NCBI GenBank assembly: GCA_036867785.1
Contig: CP145415.1
Coordinates: 1,240,001-1,291,307 of the forward strand
Direction: 5' to 3'
Origin: Plasmodiophora brassicae
Lineage: Eukaryota
Length of the DNA: 51,307 nt
Shown here: positions 12,401-24,979 of the stretch, piece by piece
Layout of the letters: every line of letters starts with the position of its first letter
Position numbering within the stretch: position 1 is the first letter of the stretch
Notes under the pieces: generated by a model
Told to the model about the DNA's origin: nothing
Database searches by the model: none
Seen by the model: only the letters and a program-made list of their open reading frames with translations
Position numbers and translations under genes: made by a program

Positions 12401-13095
12401 GGCTGGCGTTCATCGACCAGGACAACGGCGAGTGCCGCCTGACCTACGACATCTCCGGGCCCATCTGCGATGTCATCACACAGGAAGCCCTTCTCGGGTA
12501 CTCATCCATCTTCAAGTTCCTGCTCCTCGTCAGGTACGTCTTGTGAACGTACCGTTACGTGTGTGCGTTCGGGTGTACTAACGGGTGTTTCAATAGACGG
12601 ATGTCGCATGCGCTGCGATCGGTTTGGCAGACTCGAGCGCCCGTGAACCGGCGCCTCATTCTGGCCCTGCATCAGTGCCGGCACTTCCTGACAACGTTGC
12701 AGGACTATATCGATGGCGACGTTCTGCACCGGATCAGCCATGATTTCGCGCGGCGCCTTTCGCTGGCCAGCAATGTCGACGAAATGCGGGCCGCCCACGA
12801 TGAATTCATTGAAGGCATGCGCCGCGCCTGTTTCCTGACCGGGCCGGCAGCGCGCGCAGCGGGCATCTTCTCGACGATCTCCCGTCTCCTGGATCGACTA
12901 CGCGTCCAGATCGCAGCGAACCGACCGGCGGACGACATCATCGAGCAATTCCAAGGTGCCGTCGATTTCCTCGTTCGCATTCAGCGCCAGATGGCAACGC
13001 AGAACCCCCTGGCGCACAATACGCTCCTGCTACGTCTCGATTTCAATGGGTTCTACAGCGATGCCCGTGCCCGCCGTCGCGCTGAAACCTTGTAA
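9409..13095 (+). CDS. Gamma-tubulin complex component (Spc97/Spc98 family, GCP6-like), multi-exon
   Basis: GRIP2-type motifs LPDHVRNLRLFCLQTAG, LTYDISGPICDVIT..YSSIFKFLL, HDEFIEGMRRACFL and LLLRLDFNGFY. A long coiled-coil/acidic insertion between the GRIP domains suggests GCP6. Start is approximate. Confidence 0.8.
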
Positions 13096-13195
13096 ACTAT
13101 TGAGGTTGCAACAGCAGCAGCGACAGAAGGATGGCGTGGGGAATGCAGGTGGCCAGGAGAATATATTGTGAAGGGGGACGGGGCGGAAACGTCTT

Positions 13196-13494
13196 TTAGT
13201 TGCCGCTGCCGACGAGAATGTTGTTGATCGGGATGTGGATCAGCTTGATGAAGAACCCAGTAAAGCCCATGACCAGGAATCCGACGGACGTTGCCAGGGC
13301 GATCTTTTTAAATTCTGTGTGACCAGGAATCAGGAGGCGACGAGACAACGACTCAGCGGTGCTGCCAGACCTTTGGCGTCCGGCTTCGTGCACTTGTTCA
13401 ACAGGCGGTACGAATCGGCGGCAAAGTTGCGCAGCGGTCCAACAACGTAGTTGACGGGATCCTCGGTGAACGTTGCTGTCTGGCGGCGGCCCAT
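13196..13494 (-). CDS. SEC61G: Protein transport protein Sec61 gamma subunit (2 exons, intron 13315-13370)
   Basis: Splicing a 56-bp GT-AG intron gives 80 aa: ..[54 protein letters not shown]. Confidence 0.95.
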
Positions 13495-13671
13495 CGTGAT
13501 ACTGACAGATGACGTGTACAACAAACTGCCAACGCCAACGCCAACTCTGGCAAAACAGCGCGGCCGCCCGTCGGACTCCGGACCGCCCAGGTTCCCGAAC
13601 GCGGGGACTTTGCCTCGATGTTTGCTCGATTTTTGCAGGGGCAGTCATCTCCGGCAGAAGAAGGGCATGCA

Positions 13672-14955
13672 CTACGTTGTACCGACCTGTCCCCAAGCCG
13701 CTTCAGGCCTAGTCGAACGAAGCACGGGAGGATACGACCCTGCGAAAGCATCGTTCGCTGCGCGTGACGTTGGTGGCAGCAAGCGTGAAATCATGCCATG
13801 TAGCACCCAATGTCCAAGACGTCGACACGGGCAGACGGGACAGCGGGTCAGACCGTCGTGGCCGACATTGCCGTTCATGTCATGTGCCTTCATGCAAAAC
13901 GCGCATGCGAGGTAATTAGCGGCATGGTTTACGATACTGGGGTTCCCAGTCTGCTACGCGGGACGCCCATTGTCTCCTTATGGCCTGCCGTGCTTGTCCT
14001 TCGAGAACCTGCTGTACAGGTCGCCCTGCTCAATCAGCTCGATGGGGCCGACCGACATGAGCGGCCGGATTGGTCGAATGCGCCGTGACGACGAGATGAG
14101 CATGTACGCGTACGTCGAATTCGTGCCGTGCACGGCCCGAGACGAATTATTGCGAGCCTCCAGCGACGCTACCCTGCACAGGTATCATCAGCAACGTGTG
14201 CCGGCAGACGTAAGTTGCACAAACGATTGCGATTTGTCAAGCAGCTTGTTGACATCGACGGGTCGATGTGCTCCCAGGTTCCCCTGCGACCTGCTCGTGC
14301 GAACCCTGTCCGCAAAGGCGACCGAGGCCCTCATCGGATACCGGACGCGGATGGCCCCTTCTGGTGTCGCATACGACCCCGGCCCAACGTTACCATCCAC
14401 GTGCTGATGGCCAGGGATGGGTGCCCGGGGTATGGTGACACCCCGTTTGTCTAACGTGCTGATGGACAGGCCAACTCCTGACGACATCGAGGCACTGTGC
14501 TGTAACGACAGCTTGGGAGCGGTCGGGAACGACACCGATGGGCCCGCTGGTAACGTCCTGGGCGTTAGCAGCCGGAACGCATCCGGCAGGTCGTCTAGCG
14601 ATGGGGCCGAGTACCGAGACGGGGCCAACGTGAACGGCTCCTTGGCTCGACAGATGGATCGAGGGGCGGTCACCGGCGGGGGCATGTAGTAATTGCCCGG
14701 ATCCGCCGACCGCCGTTCGATAGGGGCCCGGCACTGTGAGAATGTGTACCCAGGCAGCGGACGAAACGATTCGCTATTCAGATTCGGGGGGCGTCCACGA
14801 AGACGGCGCCGGGCAACAGCCTGACGACTGGGCACATAGTACTCCTCTCGCACCCATCGCTGGGTCTCGAGGTTGACCTCGTGGCGCCACCGACTCGCGT
14901 CATCGCTCCACGCCGATGCACTCCATTGTTGCTGCGGGCGCCCAGGTGCCAGCAT
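13672..14955 (-). CDS. Probable PG-rich repeat (ODF3/STPG-like) flagellar protein; exon structure uncertain
   Basis: ORF 14188-14955 has Pro/Arg-rich motifs ADPGNYY and NVGPGSY, resembling PGPGxY repeats. A related GNVG segment lies in ORF 13672-13893. Confidence 0.4.
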
Positions 14956-15336
14956 TGTACCACCTACCTATAGGACAGGGGTACGACCCGTCGATCTATG
15001 AATGTGCGGTTGCATCGGGCACGCCTGACGATGCAGAAGCTCAGCCACTGGAGTCATACGAATTCGCCGCACCTCGTTCACACTGCGATTACCCACCCGA
15101 CGGATTCTAGCATGGTGGACGTGGAATCGAAGAACGGAACATGGAGGGCGAGGGTGACGTCGGTGTCAACCCAAGCGCAGGAGCAGATGTGCTGCGGCGA
15201 GCTCCATACTGTGGGGGCGACGTCGCGTATAGTGCTGTGTGGCCATGGGTATGTCACTTCGACATGGTATGTACGTATATACTTTATATGTATGACTCCA
15301 GTAGCCTGGAGGAATGCCCATCAGGGCACCGAGTGA

Positions 15337-15673
15337 CTACCGCTCGCGCATGATGACAAAGACGACGTAGACAAATAGGGAGACAATAGAACATGAGGCC
15401 AGGAGGATGACAGCCATCTGAATGATCTGGCACTTGTGCGTGTTGAGGAGCGATCTGGAGTTTTTCGACGATGCCGAGGACGCCCGACCGTACCTGGCCA
15501 GAGATGGATGCGTTTCTTCGCTGACGGGTTTGGGTGTGGACATGTCGATATCCTCTCGGGCCTCGAACCATACCGACCTCCCCTTACCAGTCACCGGCAG
15601 CGCTGCCGGCGCTGATCGCTGACGTCGATGTCGTCGCTGTTGCTGATGTTGCCGACTGACATACCTATCGGCG

Positions 15674-15713
<40 letters not shown>

Positions 15714-16239
15714 TACTCGGTGCCCGGATCGGATAGTAGTACGACAGTGGCTGCGATGACGACCGCGAGGATGACGACGACGGTGACGTGGAAGCAGATT
15801 GCGAGTGCAGGTCTTCGTCAATCTTCTCGACACGATACGGGCCGTCGTCGAGTTCGTCGGGTGGATCGATCGTGATAATCACGGAGGAGCTGGCACTGCG
15901 GCGAGGACCATGCCGACGACTATTGCGGCTCTGGATCGGCGGGAACCTACCTACCAACGGTGTCACCTCCTTGCTGGATTGGGGCTGGTCGTCAGCGTGC
16001 CGAGAGGTTCGCGGTTTGAAGTAGACAATGGGTTCTTCGGGGTCGGAGCGTTTCGTCCCCGACGACGTCGCCCTTTTCAGGACCGGTTTCGGGACGTACG
16101 TCATGCCAAAAGGCAACTGGGTGCCATCATTGTCGGGACGACTGAGAACCTCCTTGACGAAGTCACCGCCCGATGACGGTGACGACTGCTCGGCAACGGC
16201 ACGACGAAAGCGCCGTGCGTTTCGCGGGTCGGCGGCCAT
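15337..16239 (-). CDS. Hypothetical low-complexity tail-anchored membrane protein with polyQ
   Basis: About 300-aa ORF, Ser/Arg-rich, with a CAG-encoded Q tract (~15674-15712) and one C-terminal hydrophobic helix (IIQMAVILLASCSIVSLFVYVVFVI). Confidence 0.6.
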
Positions 16240-16470
16240 GAATGTTCGCAAGAGTGCAGATGGGTCAACGACCAGTCAGCATTGGCGTATCGCCAACTAC
16301 AGCGGCGGGACGGGGCGTTGCACCTTTGCAACGACTGGTACAGTGACGCAAGGCAGGGTGGCGCGTGCCTGCACCCCGACACGGTGACAACTCATGACGA
16401 TGGCGCACCTGGTATGTACAATGAACCGATTAACGCATCGGTACGGCGTCGATTTACGTGATTTCCAGGA

Positions 16471-17671
16471 TCAGCTCGGTTCGATGCCGCTGGGACGTAT
16501 CGCGATGACTTCATTGGGCCTGGACGCGAGGGCGGGAGGACGACGCCCTGGCAGATACTGGCGGGAATCGGTACTCCTGTACGAACATGGATCCTTGCTT
16601 GCCTGTGAACATTGGCGAGAAATTGTAGATCAGGTGCGCATCTTCCGCCTGCACGCTCGGGAACGTCGCATGGGATCGCTTGCAGGCATCGATGAACAGA
16701 TCGGCGAGGTATTGCCCGGCGGATCGCGCCGGTCCCGTATGGGGTATCGCATAGCGGGACGCCCACTCGAACCTGTCTCGACGATCGATTAGTCATGTGG
16801 ATCACGCAGCATGACCCGCGGTTACAGCGGCTTCTCGGGATGAAATTGGACACCGAAGATGGGTGCCTCGACGCCTTCGAAAGCGGACACGAAACGACGC
16901 TGGGCCCTGTCGACGTTGGTCGCCACAACGCGAAGACGTGACGACAGCGTCTCCTGGAACTTTGCGGGCGACACGCCCATGACGTGATGGTTGTACGTGA
17001 TGTTCAGCGTCTGCAAATCCTGGAACACTGCCAGCCCGCCCGGTCTGCTGGCCGCTGTCCACCACGAAGTCAGGGAACAGGCGCGTCGAGAAAGCCGCAC
17101 ACATCGATTGTCATACGGAACATTCGCCCACCCCAGGCATTACGAGTGAATTCCAGCGGCATCGCAATGTCCAGTGCGTCGAATCGGTCTAGAACGCCAA
17201 TAGCAAGATGGCTCAATGCGGCAGCGATGGCTTCGAACCCTTTGCCCTGTTTGATCATTGCATCCGGTGACAAGTGTGCACTGTTTACGTACCGAGGCAT
17301 ATGCCGAACAAGGGCAGGGCTCGCCCATTGGCGTTCTCATTCAGGACATAGTCGACGATGGTGACGATGGAATGGGATACGCGTTTATGGGGGTCCAGAT
17401 CGGCGCCACCACCAGTCAGCAGCACCCCGCTGAGGTGCGACAGCAATTCCAACAGGTCATCGTGCGCGATATCGAAATCGATCGGGACGGCACGCGCGCC
17501 ACCAGCCTCGACGAACTTCACGTAGCTCGCCGCGATATACGACCCGCGCTCATGGCGATCGCCCTCGAGTGGCAACGACAGGATTCCGACGATGGGTCGA
17601 TCGGTGTCGGAGGATACGGGCCCGGATGCCAACCAGACGACGAGGACGACCAAGGTAATACATAACGTCAT
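16471..17671 (-). CDS. GGH: Gamma-glutamyl hydrolase (peptidase C26) with signal peptide, multi-exon
   Basis: RPIVGILS, SYIAASYVKFVEAGGARAVPI, GVLLTGGG, catalytic PLFGICLG(FE), NHH and GVQFHPEK motifs. Confidence 0.92.
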
Positions 17672-17998
17672 CCGCGCGACTGGATGTTGAGTGGTCACGA
17701 CGCAAAGTACCGTAACGCGATCCGCGCCAGACTGCGATTGGATCTGCCCCCCGCGCTTCTGGACTATTTCTCGTTCAATCTGTCGCTAGCTGCAGGACGA
17801 CCCCGCCTTGGCACACTCATGCGAGGGATACGTCATCCAGCGTATCGCAAGTCCAAGACCAGCTCACACAGGAAGCGGCAAGCGAGGACCTTTGCTTACG
17901 TAACCGACAAATTGGAATGCATCATCTGTAGAGCTCCGTCTCTGTATTGGAATGTAGCCACCCCCGGTTTGGGCGCGGTCAGCGCAGGTAGGGCGCAA

Positions 17999-18571
17999 TC
18001 ACGTCTCCAGGTTCTCAAAGAAGTCGTCGCCCATCGCTTCTTCTTCCGATTCGTCTTCGTCCTCATCGTCGTCCGGGAAGACGCCCTTGTTGATCAGGTA
18101 CTGGATCGAGGTCTTGACGGCCACATCGCGAACCTTGGCAGGGAAAACGCCATTGCCCTTGTCAGCCTCCATCTGGCCCTTGCAGATGTAGCCAGTGCCA
18201 ACGTCTGGATCAGCACAGATGATTTTGCCATTGTAGGCGGCCATTGTGTGGTTCATCCACTCAAAGACGTTGACCTTGTCAGCGAGGTCTTTCGGGACGT
18301 AGCCCACGGCATTCAGCTTGTCCGAGTCGTACGAGAAGATCATCTTGCCGACGGCGCCAGATCCACCCTTGCGCTCCTCAGCGTTCGCATCAACGGGCGC
18401 ATTCATGGCAGTCATGCACTCGACGAGGAGCGACATGTCGCCTTCGGGAGTGTCAACAGTGGTGGCGAAAAATCGCAGACCACCCATGTCTGACCATCCC
18501 TCGATCTCGACGCCCTTCTTGCCGCCCTCCTTAACGACCTTGGCCAGGCGCTTCGGGTCAACGTTCGTCAT
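17999..18571 (-). CDS. Conserved-looking protist protein of unknown function with acidic tail
   Basis: 190-aa intronless ORF from ATG 18571, GC3-biased codons, with motifs KEGGKKGVEIEG..DMGGL.FF and AEERKGGSG.VGKMIFS. Confidence 0.75.
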   Translation of the reverse strand: MTNVDPKRLAKVVKEGGKKGVEIEGWSDMGGLRFFATTVDTPEGDMSLLVECMTAMNAPVDANAEERKGGSGAVGKMIFSYDSDKLNAVGYVPKDLADKVNVFEWMNHTMAAYNGKIICADPDVGTGYICKGQMEADKGNGVFPAKVRDVAVKTSIQYLINKGVFPDDDEDEDESEEEAMGDDFFENLET

Positions 18572-19091
18572 CTTGTCCAGGATATGGAAATGAGAGCGGC
18601 TGGCGGCAGTGCGCGCTCGAAACTGCGCCACGGTGTCCGGACGATACCGTACATACGTGGCCCGCTTGGAAACAGCGCAAGTGGACCCCACAGGCCCACA
18701 CACTGGTACACAAGCGCATAATAATGGACCATGATGGCGGGTTCTTGCTGCCGCAACAAATTATCTAGAGGACAACGGGGAACCTTTCTTTCTCACTGCG
18801 TCAATCGAAACCAGCCTTGTATCATAGGGACCGGGTAACCCAACAGATCACCGAAGGCCCCGAACAATAATATTGTCCCGGCTGGACGCTCAACGCGTTC
18901 CGCTTTCTCTGCGGGCTGAAATAACCGATCCGCTGGGTTCGCTACGTAGGTGCTCACGACGGGACGACTTAGGAATTTCGTGGGTACGTCAAAAGAAGAG
19001 TCCGGAGGTTCTGGTACACGGGATTTCAAGTCGACGAATCCAGTAACGGGTCGCCCGCTCGGCACTCAGTTGTCCGTCCGCGGACGCGTCC

Positions 19092-22000
19092 ATGGCGGAA
19101 CAGGATGTCGTTATCGGCATCCTGTCGTGCGGGCCTCCTACCGACCATGACCCAGTTGCGTCGTACAGCAGCGATTATGCAGCCCTGACTGGGGCTCCCG
19201 TCACGCGCATCGATGCCGACGTCCACGCCGAGGCCATCTTGGTCGACCATCTCGTACGAGATTTGCGAAATGGTCGTGTCGTCCGATTCATGATGAGTCG
19301 ATGTGTAGAGCTTATCGGACCCGTTCGAATACCTGGAATGCGTGTTCGAACAGTCTGTGCATACAGGCCATGTCCAGATGCAGGCCATGGTCATACGGTA
19401 TGCGCTGCTTCTCATATCAGATCCGTACCTAGTCCCGATGGAGTCGGGTGCTGACCTGTCCCTGTCTGCTGCTTACGACTGGCTGGCGCGCGAATCGGAA
19501 CCAGTGCCCCCGTCAACCGAAGCGCTAGGCGACCCATCGTCAATGCCGGCTACCCGGCAGCAATGTCGATTTCTGTCGCGTTTCCTTCCTGTCCTGATCG
19601 ATGCCATGTCTCCGGTGCATGTGCAGGCCATCGCAGCCACATTAGTACGTGCACAGCGCTCCCTGTCAGTCGTATCGCCAGATGGGCTTCGAGCCTTACG
19701 CGCCCTGCATCGTTTCTTGTTAGCCGGCAGCCCAGCCCTTCAGGCATGGGTTGCGCTGCCGTCGTACTTGAACCCATGGGTCAACGGCAATGCCTTCCAG
19801 CACGATACCCTCCTTGGGATCTTCATGCCTTGCACGCCTGCTCTTAGGTCAGTCTTGTATGAATCCGCTCCACGTCGCCAGGTCTGATGAGCGCTTATGG
19901 AACAGTGACGTCAGCGGGCAGAACGAACAGGAACGGTTGCTCTATGTGACGAATTTGCGTCATAAATTGCAAGGAGCGCATGCCCTCCTGGTCGACATCT
20001 GGCGTAAAATGCTGGACAACGGAGGGATAACCAGGTCGGCACTACTGGCCTGGGTTGCGCTGCTACTGCTGGGCAACTGGGGTCGGACCCGGCTGATGAG
20101 ATCGCAACGGGATCGTACCACATCGACGGACGAGTTCCTGATGTCGCTCTGCCTGTACATGATGGAATGCGTCGACATGGGTACGACGCCTGCGTTCGAG
20201 CCGGATGTGTTCCTTCGGCATTCGCGCCTCGACCTGGGTGACCAAGAGACTCGTCTGCATCTGCCAGCCGCCCAGGCTCGGCAGCAAGTCTCCGAACTTA
20301 TTGTCCCCGACCAATCGGATGATGATCAGGCATTCATGCGCTTATCCATGCACAACGACCATTCCGGCATTATTTGTAAGTCGCCCGGAGATGCGTATGC
20401 TGTATGCACCTGGTTGACATTGAAGTACCTGCTTGACAGGCGATAAATGTCGGTCCAAGTTCATCCGAGGAATTCGGTACAAGTGTGCTCACTGCAGTGA
20501 TTACGACCTTTGCGAAACGGTAATGTATATGGGTGATATCGGTCGCTCCTATTCGTCGTCAATGACGCTCGTCGTTTTTCATGCAGTGCGAACATGACAT
20601 TTACTGTAGCACGTTGGGGCAGTCGACTGTTCCTGGACATCTCTTCGAATGCCCATTATCGCAGACTTGCGGTTCGACTGAATCCTTCACGGATCTGCAA
20701 CTTCGTCGGCATGTTGCAGAACACCATACTCAGATTGAGCTGCCCGTTCCCTGTCCAATTTGTGCCGGTACACACAGTGGAACTCAGATGGGATCTCGAC
20801 ACCTGACTTGTGCGATGTGCCTCACACAGCGAACGGTTCGTCCGCTGTTTCACGTAACCTGCACGAACACATGGAACGTGACCATGCAGACGTTCATGAT
20901 GCGTCGCGTCATCTAATGATCAAGCTTCGTCATGCGGTGCCATGTGGACCCTTCAAACGGATATCGCCGCTGCCGGTGCCGCCCTTGCTGGAGTCCTTCA
21001 ATGCCGACACATCGGCATCGATGCAGTTCGACGCGGACACGTACCAGGCTACCGTCGTGCATCAAAACACACAATGCGGCAACTGTCACGTCTCGCCGAT
21101 TCGCGGCGTACGCTTCGCATGCTTTAACTGTGACATGGACCTATGTGCGGTCTGTGAAGACCGCGATGAGGTTCGGCGGCAGCATACAGCCTCTCACGTT
21201 TTCGTACAGGTTAGCACAGTACGACAAAGGGTGTGACCAATGCATTCCGTGCTGACCTAGCGTCCAGGTTCGTCGTGCGGTCGCCGTGGATTGGTGTGTC
21301 GGCAATCGACACAACCCGCCCGTCTATCCCATGGCGATCGTGGGTTCCTGTGGTCTTGGCTTTGCAACGGAATGGAGGGTTCTGACCATGCACGCCCTGC
21401 ACGTCGGCTTCATACAATGCACGGCCCGCTACAGTGTAAAACCGCATGGTTCGTCGTTGACTGTGTTTAACGGCTAACGTTTGCGTATGTAGTCGCAGCA
21501 GGCACCAGCACGCACGTCCCTGTCCGTCCAACTGCTGGATACAAGATTCCTGCACGGTGCGACCCTTCTTTATGGGCAAAGTGCATCTATCCTGCTGAAC
21601 CTACTGAAGACGGAGCAACTGTCGGTCCTGGACGCTGTTCCTGAGTACTGGGTCGACGACATGGCCACCGCGTTGATTTTCCTCGCGGAGCATGCTATTC
21701 ATGTTGTCGAGGGACGTCTTCACACGGATTGCCTTCCCATCCTTCAGCTGTTCGTTCGTTTCATCGGTAGCCCAGACCGAGTTACCAACCCGTACTTGCG
21801 TGGCAAACTGACGGAGGCGCTGTGTGCTCTGGCGCCAATTACAACTGCCCATGGCCAAGGAACCACTCGCATGACAACTGTCATGTCCGAAGACCCTGTC
21901 CTCGTCTCTCAAGCAGTTCCATCCGTGCTTGGCCTGTATGTCCAGATTGAGCATACTGGGACGACGTCGCAGTTCTACGACAAGTTTAACGTATCTGACA

Positions 22001-23209
22001 ATCGGCACCGCTCCGTGTTTCCGAGCAGACCGATTGATTGCCGCTTGCTGTATAGGTCCGGAACGTCGTCGAGCTTGTACTCAACTGGCTGCTGTCTAAC
22101 CCAGCGCATCGTCAGCGCCTGGACAATTTCGTGTAACGCGAACTCTGCAGAAATAATTTGTCTTTGCTGATGTTACTGTGCAGACGCTCGTGCCCCGAAG
22201 TTGCTCTGCAATTTATGCATTGTCTGGTCACTGACCTCGTCTTTGTCCTCGATGAGGCTATCGCCAAGGTTCGAAACCCTCATGTTCGAAGTGTGTGTAT
22301 TCTTGACGTATCGTGTATGATGCAGTCGGAATCGGTGTCCGCTGCTGAATCATCAGCCGAGGCCTCCGAGCAGCGATCTCTCGTTCAGTTACGACGGCAC
22401 CTTAGAATCGTGTCTGCCCTGGCGACTGAGGCGCTGCGCACACTGGTGATCATGGCTGGGCATTCGGGTATGACGACACACTGTCAGCTGACCTTCACCG
22501 ATGACTCTGCTGACATAGCGACAGGCATGCTCACTGTTATGGAACGCCCTGAAATGGTGGAGCGGCTCGCCCACACGATCAACTATTATGTCGTGCGATT
22601 GCTTCCGCTGACGCAATCCTCAACCGAAGCGCACGCTCGGCTTGGATTCAACCCTGCTGCCTGGCTGAAACAATTCGCCGTGCTATATCTCAGGCTGGGA
22701 CACTCGCACCCGTTCAACCGGGTATGGACATGCGTGGGGCACATGTAGCAATCGCGATGAGATCCTAACTGTGTGTTCAGGCTGTCGTAACGGATGGGTG
22801 CTCGTTCCGGCCAGACCTGTTTCCCGATGTGCTGTCTGCTGTCAGTGCATGCACAGATGGAAGCGAGGAGGACGTCGCCAGTAGACTTGGCCCGTATTTC
22901 GAGCAGATGACGACAATGGGACGGGACGAGGCGGCCCGCACCGACGTGCTAGGCGAGGTGCCATCCGAGTTCCTTGACCCGATCTTGAACACGCTCATGA
23001 CGGACCCGGTGATCCTGCCGGCGTCAGGCATCACCATGGACCGCGCCGTTATCTGTCGTCACCTGCTGTCAACACAGACGGACCCATTCTGTAGGGAACC
23101 TCTGACGCCCGATATGCTGCGATCCGATACCGCCCTGCTCGAACGTATCACCGCCTGGCGCGAGCAACAGCTTCAACGAGAAACACAACGTCCTCCGGCA
23201 CCTCGATGA
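19092..23209 (+). CDS. UFD2: UFD2/UBE4-like U-box ubiquitin E4 ligase with inserted ZZ and C2H2 (Di19-like) zinc fingers, multi-exon
   Basis: UFD2 core motifs STDEFLMSL, DQETRL, FATEWRVLT, VPEYWVDD, NPYLRGKLTEAL and IEHTGTTSQFYDKFN. C-terminal U-box VPSEFLDPILNTLMTDPVILPAS..DRAVICRHLLS..DPFCREPL. Confidence 0.9.
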
Positions 23210-23356
23210 TGAATTCCCGTCTACAGCATACATACCTACCTATATCGCATCCTGACACATGAAGGCATGCATGACTTAATTGACGGATATTCATTTGGGA
23301 ATGGGATGACGTCGAAGAACATTTTCGGGCGTGGTCGACGAACGGCGGCACCCGTA

Positions 23357-24301
23357 TCATTTCCAGCCGCGAGCCAGCTGCGCACCACATGCCAGCCCAA
23401 CGGCAGGGACGGCTATCGGCGACCGAGGCATCATCTCGCGCCACGATGAGGACAGCTTGTTACCGGACGCGTCCCGTCTGACATCCTCAATGGCTTTGGC
23501 GACGGGTTCGCTGTCGGCAAACTCGCGAATTAGGCGCGCCTCCTCGGCGGTCGTCTCCCGGTTTTCAATTGTGTTGTTGACGACGGAGCACAGGAGACGT
23601 ATGCCACGCTGCGACTCCTCCAGCATCAGCAGCTGACGGTCGTGCTTGGAGGCAAGCTCCTCGATACGTGACTCCATGCCATCGATCTTGCCGGCCACGA
23701 GATCCACAACGCCTTTCACGCGGTTGACTCCTTCTCCGAGGACGTCGACCTTGACATCCAACTGTGATAGGTCGGACGCCATCGACGCCTGGGCCGCCGC
23801 CATTTTGTCCTGTTTACCGGACAGGTCGGCCACTCTTGACAGGAACTGATTACGAACCTATGCACAGCGTCAATTAGCAGTACGTTCTGAGTTCGCGTGC
23901 ATGTGCACCTTGTCAATGGAATCCTGCAGATGGTCGAGTCCTTTGCTGAGCTCCTGGACGCTCTTCTTCCAGGCGCGACGAGTGACCCAGAGCAGGCCGC
24001 TCAATGACACGCCCGACAGCTTCATGACGCAGTACCCGACGCCGGCAACGCAGACGACGGTGACCGTCGTCGATACCGTCGCCGATGACGACGCAGGTGC
24101 AGGAGATGTCACGACGGTAACGCCGGTCGGGCTGGGCGATGGATGGCGGAGGGCGGCCAGGGCCTGGGCCAATTGCGATGAAGCATCAGACTCAGACGAT
24201 AGCAGCTTGGGGGCGTAGGCGGCGCCCGCCCCGCCTGCCAGGCCGGCCAGCAAGGTCGGAATGGTACGGCCGCCGGCCTGCACGACGAACGGCGCGGCCA
24301 T
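23357..24301 (-). CDS. DUF1664-like membrane-anchored coiled-coil protein (2 exons)
   Basis: TM followed by GYCVMKLSGVSLSGLLWVTRRAWKKSV..L, then a heptad coiled coil ending GIRLLC, matching the DUF1664 layout as recalled. Confidence 0.6.
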
Positions 24302-24852
24302 GGCGTGCCCTAGGGCTAATCGGACAGCTTGTGACGGCGGCGGTTCGAACTAGCGGATGACAATGGACAACAATGCCCTGTTCGTGTACCGGTCGTCAGT
24401 CCCGACTGAGCAGGGAGCGCAGCACACCCAAACACACCAACCACTGACGCACTGCGCAGCCACCCCGTCAGTCGCCAACTCGCGGTCCGTCCCGCTCTCG
24501 ACTCGGCTCCCCTCACCGGGATGACCAGAAATGCGGGCCCTCTTTCTGCGAGCCGTGGTCGCCACTCAATATTCACCACCGACCCGGCTGCGATCACACC
24601 AGACGGCAGCGTATGATACGACGGCGAGTGGTTGGCGCGGTAATAATTAATGCGTTATGCCGACCACTCGTCCGTTTAAACAGTCGATCCCTGAGGTACG
24701 CCGCGAGCGTCCCTATTCGAAGAACGACCGATGTATCATCATGCCAATACACGCAATCAGCTGTCATCCCGTTCTGTGATATTCCTGGCCACGCTCCTCA
24801 TAGCCATCAGTGAAGCGCGGCGAAAAGAGCGAAATAAGAACCTGATCCCTTG

Positions 24853-24908
24853 GTGATACGGAACTGCGACAGCCTCAATATTGAGGCGCTGTCGCAGTTC
24901 CGTATCAC
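24853..24908. repeat. 56-bp near-perfect palindrome at the gene/rDNA boundary
   Basis: GTGATACGGAACTGCGACAGC (24853-24873) pairs with 24888-24908. The inner GCCTCAATATTGAGGC is itself palindromic. Confidence 0.9.
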
Positions 24909-24979
24909 GGCGAGTTGAGCGCTGGCGCGGCTGGGCATCATGGTTCGTTTAGGCGCCTTCGCAAATGCCTTTGACAGTT

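Noticed and set aside
17684-18493. 269-aa plus-strand ORF
   Set aside because: It is the antisense shadow of the codon-biased gene at 17999-18571.
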